Source: an uncultured Holophagales bacterium | GTDB taxonomy: Bacteria; Acidobacteriota; Thermoanaerobaculia; Multivoradales; UBA5704 | DNA: 64,000 bases | Direction: 5' to 3' | Assembly: GCA_963842525.1 (NCBI GenBank) | Contig: CAWJGT010000034.1 | Span: 64,001 to 128,000, forward strand | In this document: positions 41,685 through 50,032 of the stretch, one piece after another | How the letters are laid out: each line of letters opens with the position of its first letter | Numbering within the stretch: position 1 is the stretch's first letter | Made by a program: the position numbers and the translations under genes | The notes under the pieces: generated by a model | Seen by the model: only the letters and a program-made list of their open reading frames with translations | What the model was told of the DNA's origin: nothing | Databases searched by the model: none

Positions 41685-44600
41685 TGCCGGCCGGGCCGAG
41701 CCGGGGGCCGGAGCCTCTTCAGGAGGAGTCGGCCCCCTTCGAGATCGTCCTCCATACCGGGGGTCTGCCGATCCCCGACGGCGATCCGGTGGACCTCTCC
41801 CTGGGGGGCTCCGAGACCGCCGTCGTCTCGATGGCACACGCGCTGAGCCGGCTGGGCCACCGGGTCAGCGTCTCGTGCAACACCGGAGAGCCCCGCTCGC
41901 GGGGAGGAGTCGATTACCTGCCGCGGGAGCGGCTGGTAGCGGCGCGCGAGGGGCGCGAATGCGACCTCCTGCTCGCCGCCCGGGATGCGACGGTCCTGGA
42001 GCAGCCGGTGCCCGCCCGGATGCACGGCGTGTGGCACCACGACATGCCGGACGAGGAGTCGGTCCGGGTCCTGCGGCCGGGGTTTGCGAGAGCTTCGTTC
42101 TTCCTTTTCCTCAGCCGGTTCCATCAGGAGGCCTTCGAGGCGTTCCTCCCCGGGCTGTCGCGGTACTCCTTCCTCACCACCAACGGTGTGGACTTCGACG
42201 CCCTCGAGCCCCTTCGCAGCGAGCCTGCCGGGAACGCCTCGCCGCCGCGGTTCCTCTACGCTTCGCGCCCGGAGCGAGGGCTTGCGGTCCTCCTGGGCGA
42301 CATCTGGCCGGTCCTCAAGCGCCGCCTGCCCGAGGCGGAGCTGCTCATCACCACGTACTCTTTTGAGGGACTCCTGCTACCCCCGCCGGTCCAGGAACAC
42401 TACCGGCTGTGCGACGAGCTGATCCGGCGCGCGGACGGCGTGCACAAGATCGGCCCCCTCACCCGTCGTGACCTCTGGCGCGAGCTCGCGGCAACAACCG
42501 CTGTCCTCTACCCCACCGACTTCCCCGAATCGAGCTGCATGGTCGCCCTGGAGGCCCAGGCCATGGGGACTCCCATCGTCACGACCGGGCGTTTCGCCCT
42601 CGCCGAGACCGTGGCGTGCCGCGAGACCCTGATCACCGAGCCGTGGCGCTCCCCCCCCTACATACGCGCTTTCGTCCACGCCGCGGTCCGGCTGGCCGAG
42701 GATGCGGAATTCGCCCGGCAGGTCCAGGAGACCGGGCTGCGCCATGTGACCCGGGAGAGCCACTCCTGGGATGCCATCGCCAGGTCCTGGCAGGACCTCT
42801 TTCAGCGCCTGTTCCAGGAGCGCTTCGGGAAACGCAAGGGCGGAGTGCTGCGCCGCCTCCTGCGGGATTCCGACGCCGAAGCGGCAAGGCGTCTGGTGGC
42901 TTTGGAGCCCGAGCCGGAGAAGGTCTTCCATCCCTCGGACCTCGCCGAGCTCGCGTCCCGGTGCAAGGCCAAGGCGGCCGAGCTCGCGGCGGAGCCGGTG
43001 TGGATCGACTTCCCGCCCGATGCCCTCCCTCCCCAGCTCGCGGAAACCTACCGAGCCCTGTCTCTCCTCCTGCCCGACGGCGAGCCCGCGGAGATCCTCG
43101 ACGTCGGTTGCTTCGCCGCCAATCTCTCCCTGCTCTTCGCAAAGGATCGTTCCTGGATCCGGCTCACGGGCGTGGACGGCAACCCGGCGGCCATCGAGAC
43201 CGCCACTCGCAAGGCCGGCGAGCTGGGTCTTGGCGCGCGGACGCGGTTCCTGTGTCTCGTCGATCCTCATCGGGATGAAAGCGGTACGCCCGAGCTCGCC
43301 CCACGGAGCCACGACGTCGTGCTCCTCTGCGAGGTGCTGGACTACTTCCAGGACCCCTTAAATCTGCTGGAATGGGCGGAGAGCCGGGCGCGGAAGGCCG
43401 TCGTCGGCTACACGCTCCACGGGCCCTGGGAAGCTCTCACCGGTGAGCGCTTCCGCCTCTGGAATCCGGAAGAGAGGGGAGCTCCGCCGCCTCCTGGGAG
43501 GCAAGCGCGGGCTCGAGCTTCGTTATTTCAGATGGGGCCAGACCGGCCGCGACGAGCCCCTCGGGGGATGGCTCTTCCGCTATGAGGTCGCTCCCGAAAA
43601 CGTTCCCGGCTGCCTCGACCTGGATTGCAAGATCCTGCGGGCTCTTCCTCTGCCGCGGATCTCGGTCAACATCCTGGTGAAGAACGAAGAGGCCCACATC
43701 CGGCGTGCGGTGGAGAGCCTGCAGGAGATCGCAGACGAGGTCGTCATCGGAGACACGGGCTGCACGGACCTGACGTTGGACATCCTGGAATCCATGGGCT
43801 TCCGCAAGTGCAGCGGGAAACCTGTTCGGGGCTGCTCCGACCGCCGGATCGTGGAGATCGCGTTCGAGGACTTCTCACAGGCACGCAATGCCCTGGCCAG
43901 CCATGCCACCGGGGACTACATCCTCTGGCACGATGCCGATGAGGCCATGGTGAGCTCCTCCGTCCTGCGCGGCCTCGTGGACTTCAACGAATATTTCGAC
44001 GCTTTCGGCATCGAGCAACGCCATCTGGTCCTCGACCTCCATATGAGCTCCGATTACCCGCTCCGCTGTTTCCGGCCGCAGACCGCCGACGGCCCCCTCC
44101 AGTGGACCGGCTGCATTCATGAGCAGGTGGAGCACCGGCTCAACGAGCCGCCGCGCAGGGTCCTGATCTGCCCCGGCGTCTATGTCATCCACCTGGGGTA
44201 CCTCGAAAACCAGTTGCGGGCGGACAAGGCCTTCAACCGCAACTGGCCCCTGTTCCTCAAGGACCGGAAGGAGAATCCCGGCCGCCTGGCCGGGTACGTC
44301 CTGGGCATCCGGGAGTACCTGCTGCTCGCCAACTGGGAGATCGCCAAGGCCGGTTGCATGACGCGCAAGGCCTATCGCTGCCTCAACTACGGCTTCGAGG
44401 TCTGGCACCGGTACGTTCGTCCCTTGCCGCAGCAATACCGGGATCACGGCTTTTCGATCTCCCGTGAGATCCTCGCTCTGCTGGGCCGGCATGGCATGCC
44501 CCTGCGCCTCACCGGCACCGTGCCGTTCCAGGCCGAGGTTGCCCTCGAGGTCGTCCCCGCCGGCCGGCCGGCCCCGGCCGAAGGCCGGCCCCGCCTATGG

Positions 44601-44777
44601 ACCTTCTTCGCCGACCTTGGAGAGCTGCGGGAGGAGATCGAACGAGGCCTCGACGGGATCGCTGCCGGGCTCGACGCCGCGGCCGGACCCGCGCCTGCGA
44701 TCGACGTCGAGAGCACGTCGGAGCTCCGCGAGTGGAGCCTGCTGCCGGAGCTGTTCGACCTGGAGCCGTTGCCGTGA
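41684..44777 (+). CDS. Multidomain GT4 glycosyltransferase - SAM methyltransferase - GT2 glycosyltransferase (frameshift near 43475)
   Basis: LGGSETA, TTNGVD, YASRPERGL, FPESSCMVALEAQAMG (GT4); ILDVGC (MTase); LVKNEE..DTGCTD..FSQARN..DADE..IHEQ..HLGY (GT2). Confidence 0.85.
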
Positions 44778-45030
44778 TTCACCGTGAACGGAGACGAGAT
44801 CGTCGCGAACGCGGCCGATTCATGAAGAACGAGGGCCGATTCACGGGAAACGGCTTCGCGATCACGGCAAATCGGGCTGGTTCACGGCGAATCGAGCCGG
44901 TTCACCATGAATCGGCTCGCGTTCACGGCAAACCAGAGCCAGTTCACCATGAATCGGCCCGCGATCACGGCAAATCAGAGCCGGTTCACCATGAATCGGC
45001 CCGCGTTTGCGGCAAACCAGAGCCGGTTCA
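44778..45030. repeat. 21/42-nt tandem repeat array; last unit at 49025-49043 beyond the inserted element
   Basis: TTCACCATGAATCGGCCCGCG / ATCACGGCAAATCAGAGCCGG units, ~12 copies; heptads FTMNRPA / ITANQSR. Confidence 0.85.
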
Positions 45031-45884
45031 GGCCCCCGCTTCTGGCCCGTGACGGTCGGGAGAAGAGCGACGAGATCCTCGATCTCCCACACCCGGGTAG
45101 TGACACCGGCCGCCATTGCCGGGGTGATTCTGAGGCTCCGGTGAATCCGGCAGAAGTTGTAATGGGCATGGAAGAGGCCGATCGCCGCGGTATGGTTCTC
45201 CACCTTCTTAGAGAATGCGTTAGTGAGTCTGGTGAAGCGCCGGAGGCTCATCCGGATCGTGAGGTTTGACCGCTCCACGTACGAGGTCGAGATGTGGTGC
45301 GGGTTGGGACAGCCGACGACGGCATGCTTCTCGGCGCCGATGCACTCTGCCGGCGAGTAGCGCGTCTCCGGACCGCTCGGGGCGACACCGTAGAGCTTGA
45401 CGAGCTGCGCGAAGTCGATCTCGCCGCCGAACGCGTCCTCCACAGCGCTCAAGTACATCTTGTGTCCGTCCGTCGTGAGCTGTACCCGATTGACCATGCG
45501 GCTCGCGAGGTCTTGCATGAACTCGGTCGCGCACCCGACGTCCCGGGAGCCGACCAGGAAGCTCGGGATCAATTTAGTATCAGCATCGATTGCGGTGAAG
45601 GTCCAGACGTCACCATAGCCAAACTGGCCCTTGTACTCTGCGGGGACGATCTTTTCCTTCGCATACACGAAAGACCAGATCTCGTCTACCTGGATACGCT
45701 TGCAGGTAAGGTTCCGTAACTCATTGTCCTGCATACGGATACAAGCTTCGCCGATCTCCCGCCAGAGCTTCATGACGGTGTCTTTGGAGACGCCGGCCAT
45801 GCGAGCCGTGGCCCGGATTCCGACACCTTCGACCAGGGCGGAGACGATCTGGACCCGCTTCGCGGTGCTGAGTACGTTTGCCAT
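45031..45884 (-). CDS. IS1-family-like DDE transposase (C-terminus truncated; reads into repeats to 44862)
   Basis: N-terminal HTH (LVEGVGIRATARMAGVSKDTV), IQVDEIWSFV, TTDGH, STSYVERSNLTIR, RRFTRLTNAFSKK, YNFCRIH..TPAMAAG. Confidence 0.9.
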
Positions 45885-45891
45885 ACTAGAC

Positions 45892-45920
45892 ATTATACGT
45901 AGGCGTCTTGGCACTGTCAA
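45892..45920 (-). promoter_or_regulatory. Perfect-consensus sigma70 promoter for the transposase (leaderless)
   Basis: TTGACA-17 nt-TATAAT, then 7 nt to ATG. Confidence 0.8.
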
Positions 45921-46014
45921 GCCCTTTGCTTCGGAGACGAGGTAAGATAGGGACGAACCACAGAAGGCGGACGCCACTACAGAACACGCGACAATACCGC
46001 GGAATCACATTTTT

Positions 46015-46443
46015 GTGATAGTCTAGGACTACATCGGCCGCAGAGGGGCTGCGGCAGTCAAGCGAAGCCCCGATCCCCCTACACCAGGGGCAATAAGGAC
46101 TTGGCGAGATGGGTTACCGGTACCGCAGCGCGCCCAACTCGACCAGAAACTCGACATGCTAAGAGATACACATGACACGAGTCTCTTGCCGGGCCTGATG
46201 GCCGGCCCGATCAAGAGGTTTCCTCATCTCTATAAGCTTCAAGCGGGCGGGAAGGTGCGACTACGCCCGTTACTGTGCCGGGGACCGTTTGATGCTGAGG
46301 TTGAGCTGACGCTGCTAGCTCCCGCCACTGAGCGCGATGGGCAGTTCGAACCGCTGAATGCACCTACTCAGGCAGACAATCACCGTCTGGAGATCATCGC
46401 CGATGCAAGGCTCCGAGCAGAATACCTCTTCCCTCTGGACTAG
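46015..46443 (+). pseudogene. RelE/HigB-like toxin with in-frame TAG at codon 4
   Basis: GTG ATA GTC TAG GAC TAC..; AIRTWRDGL..RAQLDQKLDML..HLYKLQAGGKVRLRPLLCRGP..TLLAPATERD; upstream of an HTH gene. Confidence 0.6.
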
Positions 46444-46939
46444 GCTCACTCGATCATTTCGGGATCGTGAATACCGGCACGTCTATGCCGAGTCATTTAC
46501 AAACACCCTGATCGCTGCGCAACTGAAAGCCAACCGTGAAATGCGCAAGCTCAGTCAGGAACAACTTGCTGAGCTTGCCGGCATGAAACAGTCGCGCATT
46601 TCCGCTATCGAAAATGTTAACTATGAGAGTTGGAGCGTGAGGACTCTTCGGCGCATAGCTCGCACCTTCGATCTCGTTTTGGTTATCAAGTTCGAAAGTT
46701 TCGGCAATGTCGTCCGCGAAATGGAGTCTTTCGACCGTTCAAGCCTAGAGAGACCATCATTCCAAGATGATCCGGATTTTAAAGTTAGCAGCGAGCGAAC
46801 GACAACACCAGGCAACGTGGTGGCGTTTCCGGGAGCGCGCTCTCAAGAGGACTCGTCGGCAGGGGACGCGCTAGCCGTGGCGGACTTTGCAGGCGAGATA
46901 ATCGGCTCACACAATTGGGGAATTACAGCTCATGGCTGA
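46403..46939 (+). CDS. XRE/HigA-like HTH antitoxin with long C-terminal tail
   Basis: DREYRHVY..IAAQLKANREMRKLSQEQLAELAGMKQSRISAIEN..TLRRIARTFD. Confidence 0.85.
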   Translation: MQGSEQNTSSLWTRLTRSFRDREYRHVYAESFTNTLIAAQLKANREMRKLSQEQLAELAGMKQSRISAIENVNYESWSVRTLRRIARTFDLVLVIKFESFGNVVREMESFDRSSLERPSFQDDPDFKVSSERTTTPGNVVAFPGARSQEDSSAGDALAVADFAGEIIGSHNWGITAHG

Positions 46940-47459
46940 GCATAAATGGTCCCTTCTCTGCTATCGGGCGTGCATCGATAAGCACTCCAATATGTTAACT
47001 ATTCTGGAAGTGACCGACGAAATCACTATCGAGCTAATTCAGGAGCCGCTACCGGAAAATCCGCTTTTGCCGCTTAGCCTGCATCTGGTCTCTATGTGGC
47101 ACCGAAACGATCCGGAAAAGCCAGAAAAATTCTGGTCGTCTTACACAATTTCCACACCCGGCGGCGAAGTGTTTGTCGCCGGCAAATCGCTTGAGGGGAA
47201 TCTCGAGACACACCTTCGCCTTCGCCTAATCTTCGGTATTCAAGGTGCCCCATTCAAAGGTGCGGGGGTCTATACGTTTAACGTTACGGTTGCAGACAGC
47301 CCGAGCGGTCCCTTCGAGACAGTGGTGGCTCAGGTACCGCTGGTACTCAAGATCAGAGAAGACTCTGACGCTTCTGCCACCTTGCCAGAGCAGCCCGGCG
47401 AGCCGACTCCCGCCGCTCCTCGGAAGTCATCTTCGCGGCGCGGGCGTGGCCGCCCTTAG
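46932..47459 (+). CDS. Hypothetical beta-sandwich protein (DUF6941-like), third gene of the TA operon
   Basis: Overlaps the antitoxin stop; WSLLC..ID..SN.LTI, TPGG, F.G.G.Y.F.V motifs. Confidence 0.65.
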   Translation: MAEHKWSLLCYRACIDKHSNMLTILEVTDEITIELIQEPLPENPLLPLSLHLVSMWHRNDPEKPEKFWSSYTISTPGGEVFVAGKSLEGNLETHLRLRLIFGIQGAPFKGAGVYTFNVTVADSPSGPFETVVAQVPLVLKIREDSDASATLPEQPGEPTPAAPRKSSSRRGRGRP

Positions 47460-47601
47460 CTCCCCCGAGCTTCCCCAGCGCAACAGCCGCCGGATTCTTC
47501 CCGGCGTCCGGATCTTCGCGTGGGCGCTCGCCTATGGCTTCCTGGAAGACTTGGAAGGCTAGCTCGTTCGGGTCACGAGGTCTGCGTGGGCGCTTAGGCA
47601 T
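47353..47601 (-). CDS. Small basic protein typical of IS1/IS1595-like elements
   Basis: RPRDPNELA..KNPAAVALGKLGGAKGGHARAAKMTSEERRESARRAALARW; TACCAT 6 nt upstream. Confidence 0.8.
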   Translation of the reverse strand: MPKRPRRPRDPNELAFQVFQEAIGERPREDPDAGKNPAAVALGKLGGAKGGHARAAKMTSEERRESARRAALARWQKRQSLL

Positions 47602-47670
47602 GCTCCCATGGTATCACACTCCTCTGGGCGAGCGTATGCTGTCGGCACTCAGCATAGGAGGGAGTGAGGC

Positions 47671-47730
47671 ATGAGAATTAAGACCAACATCAAGGCCGGA
47701 CCCGAGATCATCAATAAGCCTACGGGTTGA
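47671..47730 (+). CDS. 19-aa micro-ORF MRIKTNIKAGPEIINKPTG
   Basis: AGGAGG RBS upstream; GC hairpin downstream; KTNxKAG motif. Confidence 0.5.
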   Translation: MRIKTNIKAGPEIINKPTG

Positions 47731-47762
47731 AGCGGGGCGGCCCGTACAGGCGCCGCCCGGAG

Positions 47763-48216
47763 TCAGACCGACTCTCGGCGGTACCGCTCGACGATCGGGA
47801 GAGGGTCCGGCAGCTCTCCGCGGAGGATTGCAGGAGCCAATTCGGACGCAAGCGATTTGCACTGATGGTAGGTGCGCAGCGTTGCCAGAATGCGGCGGGT
47901 CGGGAGATGTACTAGGGTGTAATGGGCGCTGACAAGGTCCTGCCCTTGGGCGTTACCGCGGAAGGCCCCGAACGGCTCAGAGAGGCGACCGTTCAACATT
48001 GTCTCGCCGGCTTCCAGCTCCGCCAAAAACCGGCCCCTGCGCCACGTCAAAGGGATCGGCCTCCCGACCCGTGCGCGAGCCTTCAGGTAGCAGTCTGCCG
48101 CCTGTGCGAGCCACCCGCCGATCGAAGAAGAAGCCGTCCAGGTCTGCGGCTCTCTTCCAGTCAACGGACTGGCGATCCGTGGCACGGACGGAGAAAGTAG
48201 CCGTCTTCACGCCCAT
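47763..48216 (-). CDS. Hypothetical protein, RHH-like N-terminus (frameshift near 48130)
   Basis: MGVKTATFSVRAT..W.RAA..SSIGGWLAQAAD; joins ORFs 47977..48216 and 47763..48185; GGAGGAG RBS. Confidence 0.55.
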
Positions 48217-48497
48217 CTCTCCTCCGTCTCCAGGGCCGCCCGCTTCGCCTGGAGCTGCCGGCGCTCGGCCTCGAAGTCGCGATGCACGCTGGTCAGCTTG
48301 GGGTGATTTCGGATGACGTAATCCGCGCAGTAGAGCAGAAACGCGGCGAGCCGGGTGCCGTTGCCAAGCGCCTGCCGTGCGGCAGCATCGAGGCGTCTCT
48401 GGTCGAAGGTGTCGTAGACCGTCACGGTGATCCGCTCCGGCCGGTAGTCACCTACCGGGGCGAGCTTCCGCCGCTGTTGGATGTGGTACCAGGCCAT
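48207..48497 (-). CDS. Hypothetical protein (element cargo)
   Basis: GAGGAGG RBS, translationally coupled to neighbours. Confidence 0.6.
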   Translation of the reverse strand: MAWYHIQQRRKLAPVGDYRPERITVTVYDTFDQRRLDAAARQALGNGTRLAAFLLYCADYVIRNHPKLTSVHRDFEAERRQLQAKRAALETEERWA

Positions 48498-48499
48498 GG

Positions 48500-48868
48500 C
48501 TAGACCTCCTCTCCTGCCTGATGCTGCCGCTCCTGCCACTCCTCAAGCAGCTCGGCCGGGGTCAGGTCCCCGGCCTCGTCGAGCGCCACGATCGCCGGTT
48601 CCAAGTCATCCGAGAGGATGCATTCCAGGCTCCCGACGATGCTGTACGTCAACGCCTGCGGCGTCCGATGCTCTCCCATGGCTTCGGCTTCTTCGGCCGA
48701 GTAGACCTCCGGGAGTGAATGCCGGATGCCCCGGAGCACCATGGCGATCTGGCGCAGCTTGCCGGCGGCGCATCGGATGAGGCGTTGCGCGACGATCTCG
48801 TCTCTGGTCTTCCGGGGGAGCGAGGGCTCTTCGGGGTGGGGTGTAAAATCCTCAACTAGCTCGGGCAT
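48500..48868 (-). CDS. Hypothetical helical protein (element cargo)
   Basis: GGAGG RBS; acidic helical ORF. Confidence 0.6.
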   Translation of the reverse strand: MPELVEDFTPHPEEPSLPRKTRDEIVAQRLIRCAAGKLRQIAMVLRGIRHSLPEVYSAEEAEAMGEHRTPQALTYSIVGSLECILSDDLEPAIVALDEAGDLTPAELLEEWQERQHQAGEEV

Positions 48869-48981
48869 GGGATGCCTCCGTGCTCGGGTCAGGCTCGGGC
48901 GGGTGCTCACTACACCCGTTCGGGCCGTTTCGGGTCTTCGAGGGGATACGCTTCCCCCCTGTAAGGGGGAAGCTACAGCAG

Positions 48982-48994
48982 AATCAAGGGGTTA
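48982..48994 (+). promoter_or_regulatory. IHF-consensus site near the element end
   Basis: AATCAAGGGGTTA matches WATCAANNNNTTR, 30 nt inside the terminus. Confidence 0.45.
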
Positions 48995-49029
48995 CGGGGG
49001 CGGATTTCAAACTAGGACACTACCCCGGT

Positions 49030-50016
49030 TCACCGTGAATCGGGGGTGAGGTCCAGCACGATCTTGCCAAACACGCCCCCGCGCTCCAGGGCCTTGTAGG
49101 CCTCGGCGGCGCGTTCGAAGGGGACGACGCGGGCGACGACCGGGCGCAGGCGGCCGTCGCGCAGGCGCGGCAGGGCGAAGGCGGCGAATTCGGAGACCAG
49201 CTTCGCCTTCTCCTGTCGCGGACGGGGACGGAGCAGCGAGCCGGCGATGCGCAGCCGGCGGCCGAGGATGAGCGAGAGGTCCACCTCGTGGGTCCTGCCT
49301 CCGAGCAGGCCGACCAGGACGAGCCGGCCGCGGTCGCGCAGGGAGGCCAGGTGGGCGTTGAAAGAGGCGCCTCCCACGAGGTCGAAGACGAGGTCGACGC
49401 CGCGCCCCCCGGTCGCCTCGCGCACCTGCCGGGCGAGGTCGCTCCCTGCCACGCAGATCTCCTCCACCCCCAGCTCCCGGAGCTGCTCCAGCCGGCTGCG
49501 GTCGCGCGCCACGGCGAGGACCCGGGCGCCGAGCTCGCGGGCGAGCTGGACGGCGAAGCTGCCCATTCCGCCCGTGGCGCCGGTCACCAGGACCGACTGC
49601 CCCGCCTCCAGCTCCCCCTCGACCACCAGGTTCGTCCAGGCGGTGAGCGCCGCCTCGGGGACGGCAGCCGCTTGCACAAAAGAAAGATTGTCAGGGATGG
49701 GCATGAGCTGGCCCGGCGGGATGGCGACGAACGAGCCGTGCGCGCCGCCGCCGGTCAGGGCCATGACCCGGGCCCCGGGCTGCCAGAGGCCGGGGCCTTC
49801 CTTCCCCACCACCCGCCCGGCACACTCGAGCCCGGGGACGTCGCTCTCGCCGGGCGGCGGCGGGTACTGGCCGCGGATCTGCAGGACGTCGGCGTGGTTG
49901 ACGCCCGCCGCCTCCACCGCCACCAGCACCTCGCCCGGCCCCGGCACCGGATCGGGGAGGTCCCCGATGCGCGGCGCCGGGATGCGAGGGTCGGACGGGG
50001 GGAGGACGGCCCGCAC
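49030..50016 (-). CDS. NAD(P)H-quinone oxidoreductase (MDR/PIG3-like)
   Basis: AAGVNHADVLQ..GQYPPPPG..PGLECAG, VTGATGGMGS, GKIVL. Confidence 0.93.
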   Translation of the reverse strand: MRAVLPPSDPRIPAPRIGDLPDPVPGPGEVLVAVEAAGVNHADVLQIRGQYPPPPGESDVPGLECAGRVVGKEGPGLWQPGARVMALTGGGAHGSFVAIPPGQLMPIPDNLSFVQAAAVPEAALTAWTNLVVEGELEAGQSVLVTGATGGMGSFAVQLARELGARVLAVARDRSRLEQLRELGVEEICVAGSDLARQVREATGGRGVDLVFDLVGGASFNAHLASLRDRGRLVLVGLLGGRTHEVDLSLILGRRLRIAGSLLRPRPRQEKAKLVSEFAAFALPRLRDGRLRPVVARVVPFERAAEAYKALERGGVFGKIVLDLTPDSR

Positions 50017-50032
50017 GCAGGAAAGCCCGGGA

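Larger units (their letters stand above)
45031..49024. mobile_element. IS1-like cargo-carrying element (~4 kb) flanked by 8-bp direct repeat CCGGTTCA
   Basis: CCGGTTCA at 45023-45030 and 49025-49032; right end ATTTCAAACTAGGACACTACC; lower GC; transposase at the left end, left terminal repeat missing. Confidence 0.75.

Noticed and set aside
43465-43485. Programmed frameshift in the GT fusion (and in other genes)
   Set aside because: Occurs at a G homopolymer in a window where essential genes show the same defect; sequencing error is more parsimonious
39506-43585. Single 1359-aa cyclase-glycosyltransferase fusion
   Set aside because: The middle is an off-frame read-through of the TPR and DP-EP-like genes caused by the junction at ~40170-40226
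44778-45030. CRISPR array (also considered for 9302-9616)
   Set aside because: Contiguous 21-nt degenerate units without unique 30-40 nt spacers; no cas genes in the window
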